Positions 17,595 to 27,756 of a DNA stretch of 64,000 nucleotides are shown piece after piece. Every line of letters begins with the position of its first letter. Positions within the stretch are counted from its first letter, which is position 1. The notes under the pieces are model-generated. The model was not told the DNA's origin and did no database searches. It saw only the letters and a list, made by a program, of their open reading frames with translations. The position numbers and the translations under genes are program-made. Origin of the DNA: a virus (Duplodnaviria > Heunggongvirae > Uroviricota > Caudoviricetes); IMG/VR virus record IMGVR_UViG_3300047560_002175, positions 1 through 64,000 of that record; one strand, given 5' to 3'.

Positions 17595-18295
17595 CCGCTG
17601 TTTTCAAATATAAATGTATTACCAACTTTGGTAATATTGTAGTTTCCAATTCTTTTTGTAAAGTACATTACTTCTGCAATAGCACTTCCTTCTATTATAA
17701 TTGGACCTTGTATAGAATTATATACTTCAGATTTAGGTCCACTTGTAATAATATCAAAAGTTATAGTATCACTGTACGGTGTTTTAAATCTAAGTGACTC
17801 GTTAACAATATCAACTTCTGAAAAACTTTCTTTAAAGAAGGTACTAAAATTATCTAAACCGTGTTGTTTAGTTTTTTCTTCGTATGCTGCAGTGTCAGTA
17901 GGTATTGCTGATTTTAAATTTCTTAAAGTTGCGTCTTTGCTCTTAAAATTTTTAAAATATCGAAATCTCATATCAGACATTCCAGTTAATAATTCTATAC
18001 CGTTTAGTAATTCAAGAATGTTTGCCGGAGCTCTACTATTTCTTTCTAATTCAACAAAAACTTTATAAGTTCCATCTTCTGTTTCGCCAGGACTAACATC
18101 TGCATCAAGTACAAAGTCATATCCCATTTCAACAAAGTTTTCTAAATCGTTTGCAGGATCTTCATGATCAACTGTAAATGAGAGTACAATTACATCTTTG
18201 TCATTTCCGATTTTACTTTGGTAACAATCAATTTCAAAAACTTTTTTTACTAATTCTCGAAGATCTTTTGCGTGTAAACTTTCATTGATACTCAT
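17567..18295 (-). CDS. Hypothetical protein
   Basis: 242-aa ORF. Confidence 0.4.
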   Translation of the reverse strand: MSINESLHAKDLRELVKKVFEIDCYQSKIGNDKDVIVLSFTVDHEDPANDLENFVEMGYDFVLDADVSPGETEDGTYKVFVELERNSRAPANILELLNGIELLTGMSDMRFRYFKNFKSKDATLRNLKSAIPTDTAAYEEKTKQHGLDNFSTFFKESFSEVDIVNESLRFKTPYSDTITFDIITSGPKSEVYNSIQGPIIIEGSAIAEVMYFTKRIGNYNITKVGNTFIFENSGWAVALEKK

Positions 18296-18298
18296 AAT

Positions 18299-18910
18299 TT
18301 ACATCGGCATAGAAGCCGACCCTCCTGGCATTCCACCGCCCATTGGTGGCATTCCGCCACCTGGAGGAGGCATTCCACCACCTAACCCTGGCATAGGAGG
18401 TGTTGCTGCACCTGGTGCACCAGGTGCACCAGGAACTGGTGTTCCTTGACCTGGTATTGAATTTGGATCTATGTTTTCATTTTTTAATTTAGCCATGTAA
18501 CCATGGTACATATCAAATGCTAATTTTTTTGGCATTTGAATTTCTACAATCCAAATTGGATGTCTATCTAATTTACCTTTTTTAGTGTTAGGTCTGATAT
18601 CTTCTTGTGTTTTAATTGGACGTGGTTCGATGAGATGCGATTTTTGATATTTAACTTTGCATTTTAAATCTACTAATCGTTTTCCACCGTCAGGATTTGG
18701 CATGCTTTCTCTCGGCCACATAAAACCAGCTGTAATATAATGGCGATCAACTTTTGGACCATAGGCCAATTCACCATTTTCCCAGTTTTCATATACATAT
18801 AGATCTAATTCATCGAGAACTCGTTCAAAGTCTTTTAGTATTGCTAAATTTGAATTATTTTCATATAGATCTTGTATGTTTTTAATAATGTCTAATACAT
18901 CATGATGCAT
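18299..18910 (-). CDS. Hypothetical protein with a Gly/Pro/Met-rich C-terminus
   Basis: PGAPGAPG...GGGMPPPGGGMPPMGGGMPGG tail. ATAAATA motif upstream. Confidence 0.45.
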   Translation of the reverse strand: MHHDVLDIIKNIQDLYENNSNLAILKDFERVLDELDLYVYENWENGELAYGPKVDRHYITAGFMWPRESMPNPDGGKRLVDLKCKVKYQKSHLIEPRPIKTQEDIRPNTKKGKLDRHPIWIVEIQMPKKLAFDMYHGYMAKLKNENIDPNSIPGQGTPVPGAPGAPGAATPPMPGLGGGMPPPGGGMPPMGGGMPGGSASMPM

Positions 18911-19057
18911 AATAATATCCTAAAATGTTTATACTTATTTATCTTGGTTCGAAATCATACAGTATTTCTTTGTATTTGGCGAAATGCCAGTAAATATATG
19001 TGTAGCGACCATGTCGCTGTGGTTGTTACTATTCTAACATAACTAGGAGTTACCTAT

Positions 19058-19789
19058 ATGGGACACAAACGAGTACAAAAACGTTTTACATCACACGTCA
19101 ACATAGTAGAATTTCAACAACCAAAACAAATTAAACCTAAACGCTACAGTGTATCTTTAAATCCTCGCAACCAAAGTCAAAAAGAGTATGTTGCGATGTT
19201 ACAAGATGAATCTACTAGTATTGTTTTTGCAATTGGTCCGGCTGGAACAGGGAAAACGATGTTAGCTGTGCAACAAGGTATTAAATTGTTTCAAGAGGGA
19301 GTTATAGATAAAATTATTGTGACGAGACCGGCAGTGTCGGTAGATGAAGAATTGGGATTCTTACCAGGAACTTTAAATGAAAAGATGGCTCCTTGGACAA
19401 GACCTATTTTTGATGTATTCGGAGAGTATTACCATCAGACAGATATTGCAAAGTTTTTGGCTGAAGGTGAGATTGAGATTAGCCCACTAAGCTATATGAG
19501 AGGTAGGACATTTAAGAATGCTTATATCATTTTTGATGAGGCGCAGAATACAACGCCAAATCAAATGAAAATGGCTCTTACCCGCTTAGGAGAAAATTCG
19601 AGAATGGTTGTAACAGGGGATTTAGCACAAGCTGATCGCTTGCATGACAATGGATTATTAGAATTTATTGATAGATTAGACAATAATAAGACAGCGTTAA
19701 GCCATATTGATGTTGCGTATTTTACGCATAAAGATATTGAACGTCATAGTGCAGTTAAGGAGGTATTAGCACTCTACGGGGAAAGTTAG
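19058..19789 (+). CDS. phoH: PhoH-like ATPase
   Basis: AIGPAGTGKTMLAV Walker A and the overall PhoH pattern. GGAG RBS. Confidence 0.9.
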   Translation: MGHKRVQKRFTSHVNIVEFQQPKQIKPKRYSVSLNPRNQSQKEYVAMLQDESTSIVFAIGPAGTGKTMLAVQQGIKLFQEGVIDKIIVTRPAVSVDEELGFLPGTLNEKMAPWTRPIFDVFGEYYHQTDIAKFLAEGEIEISPLSYMRGRTFKNAYIIFDEAQNTTPNQMKMALTRLGENSRMVVTGDLAQADRLHDNGLLEFIDRLDNNKTALSHIDVAYFTHKDIERHSAVKEVLALYGES

Positions 19790-19806
19790 AAGTTTAAAAA
19801 TAGAAC

Positions 19807-19836
19807 TAGCAGCTGACTAATCAGCTGCTATGTTTT
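19807..19836 (+). terminator. Rho-independent terminator after phoH
   Basis: TAGCAGCTGA-CTAA-TCAGCTGCTA hairpin followed by TGTTTT. Confidence 0.6.
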
Positions 19837-20030
19837 AGCATAAAAAGAAAAAACTTTTGTTCATCAAATACCTTGTAACTTTCAATTTTACGATTGTTAA
19901 AATCAAAGTACACTTCGACACCATAGGTTTCTTTAAGCCAATTCCAAAAGATGTTTGGAAATCCTAGCTCTTTCCATTCTATAGTTGCTTTATTATGAGC
20001 ATCCTGTAATATATCAAGATCAATTGTCAT
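19821..20030 (-). CDS. Hypothetical protein
   Basis: 69-aa ORF overlapping dCMP deaminase by 4 nt. Confidence 0.35.
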   Translation of the reverse strand: MTIDLDILQDAHNKATIEWKELGFPNIFWNWLKETYGVEVYFDFNNRKIESYKVFDEQKFFLFMLKHSS

Positions 20031-20458
20031 AGTTTTTCAACAGTTATACCACATTTTTCTAAAAACTCAAGTCCAGCAGTACTACGATAAGTTTCTGTAT
20101 AGAACACTTTAATAATGCCGGACTGATATATCCCTTTAGCACACTCTATACACGGAGCATGTGTAATAAACATAAAAGCACCTTTACCTGATTCAGTCGA
20201 ACTAGCTAATTTCATTAGCGCATTCATTTCTGCATGGATGACTTCTGGTTTGGTTTTAAGATATGAACCACCATCTTGGATAATATCCATTTCTACTTCG
20301 CAAACATTATTCCAACCGGTAGGTGTACCGTTGTAGCCAAGACTAATAATACGATCATCTTTAACTACAACCGCACCAACTTTAAGCTTAACTGCGGAAC
20401 TAAGTTCCGCAAATGTATAAGCCGTTTTCATAAAAGCTTGTTTAAACTTAGCTTTCAT
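20027..20458 (-). CDS. cd: dCMP (deoxycytidylate) deaminase
   Basis: HAEMNAL and PCIECAK zinc-binding motifs of the cytidine/dCMP deaminase fold. Confidence 0.8.
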   Translation of the reverse strand: MKAKFKQAFMKTAYTFAELSSAVKLKVGAVVVKDDRIISLGYNGTPTGWNNVCEVEMDIIQDGGSYLKTKPEVIHAEMNALMKLASSTESGKGAFMFITHAPCIECAKGIYQSGIIKVFYTETYRSTAGLEFLEKCGITVEKL

Positions 20459-21309
20459 TACTTAATGCCAATCATCGGTAATGAGCTGTTAGGAACCATA
20501 GTAGTAGGCAATTCACCGTTCCATTTTTCAATAGCATTAAGTTCTGCTACGCCTGGGTTGTTTTTAACAGCTTCACCTTTTAAGTGAATGGCTTTAGCTT
20601 CAGCTTCTGCTACTAATAACCTTGCATTAGCTTCACCTTCTGCCTGTGCAACCGCAATAGCAGCCTGTGCTTTAGCAGTTTCAACTTGGTTTTGTCTTGT
20701 AATTGCCTGTTGCGATGCATTAATCTTTTCATTTATTGCAGTAGTAACAGTGTCTGGTAATCTAATATCGCCGACCCAAGAAAGATGATCTAAAATAATA
20801 CCGTATTGTTCAATCTCACCACGAACACGCTTTTCAGCAGCTTTGATTAAATCACTTTTGCCTTCGCCGTAGACTGTTTCAATTGACTTAGTCGATGATT
20901 CAGTATTGATTGCATCGCGCACTAGGTTTCTTAAGTAAACATCTGTAATTTCAGTAATACCTTTACGATACTTTTGGAATAAAACTGGAATTTTATCCTC
21001 TTGTAGCGTATATGTGATACCAATATCAGCATTTACACTTAAACCTTCTTTAGTTTGGAAGGTAATTGATTCGTCTTCTGCACGTCCTTCGGTATGTGAT
21101 TTAGTCCAAGTGTAGTTCTGCATAAAGGTTGGAAACGTGTATAACTCTTCGTTTACACCAATCCAGTATCGTCCTGGTCCTAATTGTTCAGTATCAACAC
21201 CTTTGTCGCCACCAAGTAAATGAACTTTAACACCAACTGTACCTACTTCAACTTTTGAACAACCTACGAGTGCAGTGGCAATTGCAGCAACTAAAAGTAA
21301 TTTTTTCAT
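20458..21309 (-). CDS. SPFH/Band-7 (prohibitin/HflC-like) lipoprotein
   Basis: Lipoprotein signal MKKLLLVAAIATALVGCS. AEGEANARLLVAEAEAKA coiled region. C-terminal AIEKWNGELP typical of SPFH proteins. Confidence 0.75.
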   Translation of the reverse strand: MKKLLLVAAIATALVGCSKVEVGTVGVKVHLLGGDKGVDTEQLGPGRYWIGVNEELYTFPTFMQNYTWTKSHTEGRAEDESITFQTKEGLSVNADIGITYTLQEDKIPVLFQKYRKGITEITDVYLRNLVRDAINTESSTKSIETVYGEGKSDLIKAAEKRVRGEIEQYGIILDHLSWVGDIRLPDTVTTAINEKINASQQAITRQNQVETAKAQAAIAVAQAEGEANARLLVAEAEAKAIHLKGEAVKNNPGVAELNAIEKWNGELPTTMVPNSSLPMIGIK

Positions 21310-21515
21310 TATTTTTTCTCCTCAAAAAGTTTTTCAATTTTGACATTTGCATCTTTAAGTAATGCGTAAAGTACAATTGGATCAATGACTAGTGCAATAA
21401 ACCAACCTAGTGTAAAAATATACCAGTCGTTTGATGACATACAGTATGGTAACACAAATATAAATTGGAGTGTAAAAAACACTAACACTCCAAGTAGTTT
21501 AAAATATGACAGCAT
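21309..21515 (-). CDS. Small two-TM membrane protein immediately upstream of the SPFH gene (possible NfeD-like partner)
   Basis: 68-aa hydrophobic ORF. Stop/start overlap with the SPFH gene. Confidence 0.4.
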   Translation of the reverse strand: MLSYFKLLGVLVFFTLQFIFVLPYCMSSNDWYIFTLGWFIALVIDPIVLYALLKDANVKIEKLFEEKK

Positions 21516-21574
21516 AAATGCTCCTGTTTATAAAAATAAAAGTATATTATACACTATATTATAATAAATGCAAA

Positions 21575-22498
21575 TTATAAATTACCTAACCGTATTAAAG
21601 TGGCTGCAAGGTTTATTTCAACATCACTAACTAGTGTATGGTCTACTAACCCTTGTTTAATAATAAGGATTGCTTTATCTTGTTTTGACTCGTCGTCACC
21701 AAATAATTGAATATTATCATATAACCATCTGTAGATGTCTTCCATTTCTTCTGGTCTTGCTTGCGAGCACACTAGTTTACGTGCATCAGATATCTTTCCT
21801 GCTTTAAAAAGTTCAACCATTTGAAGTTTATAATCAGTATCAGATGCACTGCCTTGTGTTGCAGCAACTAATTTACCATCTATACAGCTCATTTGTAATG
21901 TGTTGATACATTTTCTTAAATCAGGATAAGTTGCTGTTACAAAAGTATCAAGAGTATCTAAATCAAATTCAATATTTTCTTCTACTAAAATAGTTGCTAC
22001 CCTTGCTGTAAATTCTACAATATCAATTTTTTCAATATGGAAACCTTGACAACGTGAGTGAATTGCAGGAATAATTTTATTTGGGTAGTTACAAGTAAGA
22101 ATAAATCTTGCAGTTTCGTGATATTCTTCCATAACTCCACGTAAACTTGCTTGTGCTGGAGGAGTTAAGTAATCTGCTTCGTCTAATAATACAATTTTAA
22201 ATTGTCCAAATGGAATCATTTGCACGAACGACGTAATTCGATCACGCATTGTATCAATACCGCGTTCTCTTGATGCGTTTATTTCTAAAATGTCCAATGG
22301 ATCGATGTCTAATTCGTTGAATAGTATTTTTGCAAGAGTAGTTTTACCAATACCTGCAGCGCCACTGAATAAAAGATGTGGAATAGTTTTTTGGGCAACC
22401 CATGATTCAATTTTATTCTTTTGATCTTCGTCTTTAAAAACATAGCCATTAAGAGTTTTTGGTCGATATGATTCAACCCATAGAGCTTTTGTTGCCAT
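21575..22498 (-). CDS. Clamp-loader AAA+ ATPase subunit (T4 gp44 / RFC small-subunit-like)
   Basis: LLFSGAAGIGKTTLAKIL Walker A, DEADYLT Walker B, SRC motif (IHSRCQGF). Confidence 0.8.
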   Translation of the reverse strand: MATKALWVESYRPKTLNGYVFKDEDQKNKIESWVAQKTIPHLLFSGAAGIGKTTLAKILFNELDIDPLDILEINASRERGIDTMRDRITSFVQMIPFGQFKIVLLDEADYLTPPAQASLRGVMEEYHETARFILTCNYPNKIIPAIHSRCQGFHIEKIDIVEFTARVATILVEENIEFDLDTLDTFVTATYPDLRKCINTLQMSCIDGKLVAATQGSASDTDYKLQMVELFKAGKISDARKLVCSQARPEEMEDIYRWLYDNIQLFGDDESKQDKAILIIKQGLVDHTLVSDVEINLAATLIRLGNL

Positions 22499-22527
22499 TG
22501 TGTTACCTTTATTAGTTAAAAAAATAT

Positions 22528-22556
22528 ATTATACAGTGAACGACACAACTTGTCAA
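22528..22556 (-). promoter_or_regulatory. Sigma70 consensus promoter (TTGACA-17-TATAAT) for the clamp-loader gene, inside an inverted repeat
   Basis: Minus strand reads TTGACAAGTTGTGTCGTTCACTGTATAAT. The GAACGACAC...GTGTCGTTC repeat surrounds the -35 box. Confidence 0.6.
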
Positions 22557-22577
22557 GTGTCGTGTCGTTCAGTATTA

Positions 22578-22961
22578 TTAGTACATTGGTTGACTAAAGT
22601 CAAACGTTTGTTCTGTGGAAGGATTTGATAGTCCAATATTAACATCGGACGGCAAATGATTAGAAACTGCTAAAATTGCCTTATTGTCAACTCGTCTAAC
22701 GGTGACAATATCACCGTTTTCTTTTTTAACTTTAACGCCGCGTGTCCAACGACCGTGTTCAATTAAAATCCAGTCACCAACGCTTACATCTTGTTGTTCT
22801 GGACCAATTTTATATACTTGACCCCATCTTGGTCTAATACCTTCGGATGTTCCGTCGTCACTTTTAATAATAATACCACCTGCTGATACTTGTTCTTCAA
22901 AGTTCATATCAGTAATTAATACATTATCGTGTATAGTTTCTAATGTTTCTGTTATTATCAT
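22578..22961 (-). CDS. GroES/Cpn10-like co-chaperonin (T4 gp31 analogue)
   Basis: Mobile-loop-like SAGGIIIKSDDG. G.V..IG.....V.VGDWIL...ILAV pattern matching the GroES fold. Confidence 0.6.
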   Translation of the reverse strand: MIITETLETIHDNVLITDMNFEEQVSAGGIIIKSDDGTSEGIRPRWGQVYKIGPEQQDVSVGDWILIEHGRWTRGVKVKKENGDIVTVRRVDNKAILAVSNHLPSDVNIGLSNPSTEQTFDFSQPMY

Positions 22962-23320
22962 GCTTTACCTTTGTGTTTCTCTTTTAAACCATTTTGCAAA
23001 TCTTCTGTTTTTACAAGTTCAGTTGATGTTGATACAAATGGAACAGGAGTAGATTGTGTTACCGGAGTAGTAATTGGGGCTAACACATGTGGTTTAGGTT
23101 TAACCATTGGTTCTGGAATTCTGTGTGATTGTACAGGAGTCCCAGATGACGGAATATCATCTGTATGAGTAGCTCGAATGATCTGTCCATTTGGACCAAT
23201 TTCGTCGCCTCTTGCATTAATTTTAACATTGCTAACAGCAGGTGTTAATTCATGTTGAGCTGCTAATTTAGCCATGTCGACATATTTGCCTCTTGCTGAT
23301 CGATATAAATTTTGTGTCAT
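22958..23320 (-). CDS. Hypothetical protein
   Basis: 120-aa ORF. ATAAATA motif upstream. Confidence 0.4.
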   Translation of the reverse strand: MTQNLYRSARGKYVDMAKLAAQHELTPAVSNVKINARGDEIGPNGQIIRATHTDDIPSSGTPVQSHRIPEPMVKPKPHVLAPITTPVTQSTPVPFVSTSTELVKTEDLQNGLKEKHKGKA

Positions 23321-23344
23321 ATATAATCTCCTTTAGTTTTATAT

Positions 23345-23854
23345 TTATCTTAAAAAATCATGCCAATCTAAATTATATTTGATGCTATCAATTTTATGCA
23401 CACCTAGCAAATATAAAACAAAACTTGAAACGCTTGAGCCTCTCCCAACTCCCCAGACAACATTATTTTCTAAACAAGTATCTATAAAGAATTTAAGCCA
23501 TTGAAGAAGGTGCATCATATTTCTATTCTTAAATTCAGTTAGTTCTTCGTGTACACGGGTAGTTTCAATAGTTGAGTTACATTTAGCTATGCAATAAGAT
23601 TCTACATCAAAATTATAGTAATAATCAGGCATAAACCATTCATTTTGATTTAACATGTCATATTCTTCAATTGACAATGAGTTTACAGATTCATCAAATT
23701 GATGAATTTCAATTTCTGATACGGTTGATAATTGTGAAATTTCGTAACATTTTTCGGTTACAATAGTAGTTAATGGGATTTGATGCCCTGCGTACAAGGC
23801 ATCAAATATGTCTTTTTTATTAAAAATTGGATTTGAAAATTTGTCTGTTCTCAT
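23345..23854 (-). CDS. Hypothetical protein
   Basis: 169-aa ORF. Confidence 0.4.
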   Translation of the reverse strand: MRTDKFSNPIFNKKDIFDALYAGHQIPLTTIVTEKCYEISQLSTVSEIEIHQFDESVNSLSIEEYDMLNQNEWFMPDYYYNFDVESYCIAKCNSTIETTRVHEELTEFKNRNMMHLLQWLKFFIDTCLENNVVWGVGRGSSVSSFVLYLLGVHKIDSIKYNLDWHDFLR

Positions 23855-23862
23855 AATGTATT

Positions 23863-24093
23863 TTAACTTACATTAATGAGTTTGTCAAGTCCTTTATTGC
23901 GAGATTCAACGGCTAAATCCCATTCTGCTTTTCTTCTTTGTCTTAATTCTTCAGTGTACACATCTAATATGTTTATTATCTGTGATTGTACACTTGGGTT
24001 AGAAGTTAAGAAATACTTTTTATTTAAATCATTTATTTTTGATTCAATTTCATTTGTTTTGAGTTCAGCCAAGTTTGTTACTAATGGATGCAT
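23863..24093 (-). CDS. Hypothetical protein
   Basis: 76-aa ORF with coiled-coil character. Confidence 0.35.
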   Translation of the reverse strand: MHPLVTNLAELKTNEIESKINDLNKKYFLTSNPSVQSQIINILDVYTEELRQRRKAEWDLAVESRNKGLDKLINVS

Positions 24094-24101
24094 AAATTAC
24101 C

Positions 24102-24701
24102 TTATGGTTTTACATATTTTCCAAGATATCGCATAAACACTGTAACCCCGTGATCATTTGACCAGGCTTCTAATACAACGTAAGATTCTTTACTTACATG
24201 CAATGTAGTTGGGAAACTAATGTCTTTAATTACGTACCCGTTATTTTGTGTTGTGAACACAGTAACATCAACACCTGCTGCAATAGTAGGAACAGTAGTT
24301 AAATGAACACGCACTGATGCATATTGTCCTGTAGCAGGCCAATTAACAAATGCTAATGTAGTATCAGAGTTAATAGTTAATGTTAATTGTTGTGATATTC
24401 CTGAATCTAAGTTTACAGTTGCAACGTTTGATGCAATTGATCCAGTGTAGCTTGTACCGTATAATTTGTTAAAATTTCCATTTACAATTGAACTACCATT
24501 GATATCATTTTCAACTGGGTCTTCGTTGCTATCTAATGTACTTTTTAATACTGCTCGATTTTCAAATAATTGAAGTTCGATTTTTGCTTGATCTAAAGCT
24601 GTTTTGATTCTTAAGAAATTATCACGAAACCCTTGGCTATCGTTATCAACACCTGCGATTGGATAATTAGTAAGAATTGTGTTAGTTATAATACTGCTCA
24701 T
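24102..24701 (-). CDS. Probable virion structural protein (fibre/baseplate-associated)
   Basis: 199-aa ORF coupled (ATGA) to the downstream Ig-domain protein. Confidence 0.4.
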   Translation of the reverse strand: MSSIITNTILTNYPIAGVDNDSQGFRDNFLRIKTALDQAKIELQLFENRAVLKSTLDSNEDPVENDINGSSIVNGNFNKLYGTSYTGSIASNVATVNLDSGISQQLTLTINSDTTLAFVNWPATGQYASVRVHLTTVPTIAAGVDVTVFTTQNNGYVIKDISFPTTLHVSKESYVVLEAWSNDHGVTVFMRYLGKYVKP

Positions 24702-27070
24702 ATGTTGTTCCTGTTATTAGTGAATATAATGTATTTATCAGCATATTTGTTTGAAGATCGAATAATAATTCTATCTATCAAATAATCTAATAAATTAAAT
24801 TTAAAATTACTGTGTTTGATATTAAGTAAAACTTGATCTGCAGATCCAACTTTACAATAACACAATGGAACTGCTAAAGTATATCCAAGTTCTGTCCGTG
24901 TGTTTGGTTGAATTGATCTCATCCACAGGGGTAATAATTCATTGTCTGTCGTACTAATTAGACTTAAACTCTGTTGCCATCTTGTTACACTACTTGGATA
25001 ATACGTGTTGTTATTGACAATAGTATTTCGTGATAAATGATTTACTAATGAATCAATTGGATCGATCATGTGAATATAAATTACCTCATATACTGCTGTA
25101 TGTGTACCAGGTATCAATGCTACAGCTTTCTTTACTTCACCAAATCGAAATCTTTTATTTTTATAATTAGTCTGCATTTGATTAATATAATCTGATACAT
25201 CGGCTTCTTGTATACCTGCATAAATTAACATTGATAAATCTGTTTGCACACCAAATGCACGATCGTATGGACGATATATTAAATTTGGTTCAAAAATCGA
25301 TTGGTTTGTAATAAAGCCATCCCACAATATTCTATCATTAAGATCCATAAATGGTTTAACTACTACATTATCAAAGTTTGAGTGTGTAGGTGTTTTTATA
25401 GTTATTGAGAAGGTACGTTCAGTTGCGCTGTAATAAAACTGATCACGTGCTTCAACTGTAAATTTAAATTGCCGATCAATTGTAGTTTCACCGCCATCAT
25501 ATATTGTATCAGTGTCTAATCGATAATCAAATGTAGTCAATCCCTTACGACTAAATTGTTTATCAAATGTAGTAGTAGGTGATTGATCAAATGTAGTAAG
25601 CCCGTCATCCATCGCCGGAATTGAAATTACTGTTGTGAATTTAGTAATACCGTTAATGTTAAAGGTAGTTTCTCCATTATCAAAACTAATTAAAGTCGTC
25701 TTTACATCAAAATAGGTATCATCACTATCAAATCTTAAATTACTTGATAATAATGGAACTACTCCCATTATTTCACCGTCATATGACATAGTTAGCCCTG
25801 GCGGTAATGAACCAGCAACTACTGAATGAATTACTACAGCATCTTCAATTGTACTTGTTGCCTGTACACTAAACATCGATGGATAATCAGTTCGTATTTG
25901 TCCTAAATCGTTAGATCCAGCCCAAGTAATAACACTGTCTATTTCACCGATAAGTTTAACAGTAAAGGTTCTCGAAGAACTATTAGTTTCAGTTTTATTC
26001 TCATCTCCGTGGGTTGATGCTGTTACTGTAAATGAGTAGGTAGTTGTAATAGCAGGCTGGTATGGAACATAACCATATATTTCACCAGTGATAACATCAA
26101 ATGACAATCCAGTAGGTAATTTTGTAATATCATCAATTGAATAGTAAACTATACCAACGCTATAAACATCTAAAACTATAGTAACATAATTATTAGCTCG
26201 ATATGTTCCTAAGTCACTTGGAGTAATCCATACTGGAGCTTGTAGATATGTTACATCAGCTGTAAACAACCCAACATTTGAAATTAATTCGTCAGCATCT
26301 GCTCTAAAATAATCTTCGTTAACTACATATATTTCAAATTTACGTTTTGGAGTTAATATTCCATCTGTAACAGAAACAATAAATTCAAATTTACGATTAA
26401 TAGATTTAACTTTTCGTACAGCAAGATAATCGTACACTGCATAATCAAATGGAATAGTATCATAACCGTTTTGTTTTGGAGGAATAGCAAAGTCAAATGG
26501 GCCTACATCGTAATAACCGTTGTCATATGATCCAGATCCGCTTGCTGGTGTGATTGCAGTTACTTCGTTAACAACACCAACAATTCTACCATCAGGTGTT
26601 AGTGTAAGACCTGATGGTAATTCTCCATCACCTCGATTAATGAAAAAAGATATTTCTTGTCCTGCAGATAAATCGTAATCAATTGCATTGAGTTGATAAT
26701 TTACAACCGAATTATCAATTACAAATAATTGTTTTGCAGGACCAATATCAAGTAATCCAGCATTAGTTAGAATAATTGGAGCATCTGGCCCAACAACTGT
26801 TACTTCAAATGTTCTGTCAGCAATTAAATTATTGTATTTTGCACGAATACAAAAGTTATAGATTGTATCATCTGTTACTTCAACTGGTGCTCCGATTAGT
26901 CGATTTCCTTGTAATTTTAGGCCGCGAGGCAACGACCCAGTTATAATTGAATACGATACATTCAAATCGTCAGTTACTGGTAATTTTATATCAACATCAA
27001 TTCCCTCGGCGAGGGTTTCAAGGTTAATTTTATTTAAGGTGGAATTTTGTGTCCAAACATTAAGTGCCAT
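24698..27070 (-). CDS. Structural protein with about four putative-Ig (dystroglycan/cadherin-like) domains
   Basis: Repeated motifs ITGSLPRGLKLQGNRLIGAP, GELPSGLTLTPDGRIVGVV, AGSLPPGLTMSYDGEIMGVV. ATAAATA motif upstream. Confidence 0.5.
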   Translation of the reverse strand: MALNVWTQNSTLNKINLETLAEGIDVDIKLPVTDDLNVSYSIITGSLPRGLKLQGNRLIGAPVEVTDDTIYNFCIRAKYNNLIADRTFEVTVVGPDAPIILTNAGLLDIGPAKQLFVIDNSVVNYQLNAIDYDLSAGQEISFFINRGDGELPSGLTLTPDGRIVGVVNEVTAITPASGSGSYDNGYYDVGPFDFAIPPKQNGYDTIPFDYAVYDYLAVRKVKSINRKFEFIVSVTDGILTPKRKFEIYVVNEDYFRADADELISNVGLFTADVTYLQAPVWITPSDLGTYRANNYVTIVLDVYSVGIVYYSIDDITKLPTGLSFDVITGEIYGYVPYQPAITTTYSFTVTASTHGDENKTETNSSSRTFTVKLIGEIDSVITWAGSNDLGQIRTDYPSMFSVQATSTIEDAVVIHSVVAGSLPPGLTMSYDGEIMGVVPLLSSNLRFDSDDTYFDVKTTLISFDNGETTFNINGITKFTTVISIPAMDDGLTTFDQSPTTTFDKQFSRKGLTTFDYRLDTDTIYDGGETTIDRQFKFTVEARDQFYYSATERTFSITIKTPTHSNFDNVVVKPFMDLNDRILWDGFITNQSIFEPNLIYRPYDRAFGVQTDLSMLIYAGIQEADVSDYINQMQTNYKNKRFRFGEVKKAVALIPGTHTAVYEVIYIHMIDPIDSLVNHLSRNTIVNNNTYYPSSVTRWQQSLSLISTTDNELLPLWMRSIQPNTRTELGYTLAVPLCYCKVGSADQVLLNIKHSNFKFNLLDYLIDRIIIRSSNKYADKYIIFTNNRNNI

Positions 27071-27159
27071 ATTTGTTCTCGTTTTTAGTATTTATCCTTT
27101 AATTTACTTAATGCAGACTCCCATAATAACCGTACTAAATACAGTATCATATAGGAATA

Positions 27160-27486
27160 TTGATGACAAATAATAAAAATACACAACTTTCGGAGAAGAT
27201 TTTACAATTAGAAAAAGTTTACGTACAAAGAAAGTGGTGGTTGTATGCTAGCTCTCTTGTCTACACTATACTAATAGTTGTAATTTTTAGTTGGGATTAT
27301 TTAGTAAATAATGTGAGTAACAGATTATGGTGGGTTGGGATATCACTAGCGTTATTAGTTAGTATAAATTGGTGGTATTGGACTATGAGATCATTAGCTT
27401 CATTAATTCAAAGCATCTATGTTGAATATGGAATTTTAGATGAATTGCGTGTTGAAATTGACGAAATAAAAAGAATAATAAAATGA
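27160..27486 (+). CDS. Small membrane protein
   Basis: 108-aa ORF with two hydrophobic segments. First gene of the plus block. Confidence 0.4.
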   Translation: MMTNNKNTQLSEKILQLEKVYVQRKWWLYASSLVYTILIVVIFSWDYLVNNVSNRLWWVGISLALLVSINWWYWTMRSLASLIQSIYVEYGILDELRVEIDEIKRIIK

Positions 27487-27704
27487 AAGTAAAAGAAATC
27501 ACACAATTAGATGAAAAAGCAGTAAGTAAAGCCCAACAAAGATTTATGGGTATGGTTCATGCTGCTCATAAAAGTGGAAAAGCTGCCAGTCCTGAAGTTG
27601 CAAAAGTAGCCAAAGGAATGAGTAAAAAAGCTGCTAAAGATTTTGCCAGTACAAAACATAAAGGTTTGCCTAATAAAAAGACAAAAAAGAAAAAGAAAGA
27701 TTGA
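27483..27704 (+). CDS. Small Lys-rich protein
   Basis: 73-aa ORF, KKTKKKKKD tail. Confidence 0.4.
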   Translation: MKVKEITQLDEKAVSKAQQRFMGMVHAAHKSGKAASPEVAKVAKGMSKKAAKDFASTKHKGLPNKKTKKKKKD

Positions 27705-27729
27705 CTTATTGATTAAATGATCGTATAAT
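27701..27729 (+). promoter_or_regulatory. Sigma70-type promoter (TTGACT-17-TATAAT) for queD
   Basis: TTGACTTATTGATTAAATGATCGTATAAT read on the plus strand. Confidence 0.55.
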
Positions 27730-27756
27730 ATGTTTTTTTAAATAAAGAGATATTAT

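Noticed and set aside
18911-19057. Divergent promoter region between the gene 18299-18910 and phoH. Candidate TTGTAT...TAAATA boxes and a short AGCGAC-CATG-GTCGCT hairpin.
   Set aside because: There is no clean sigma70 or TATAAATA match in the correct spacing for phoH. Only the ATAAATA motif for the minus gene is mentioned.
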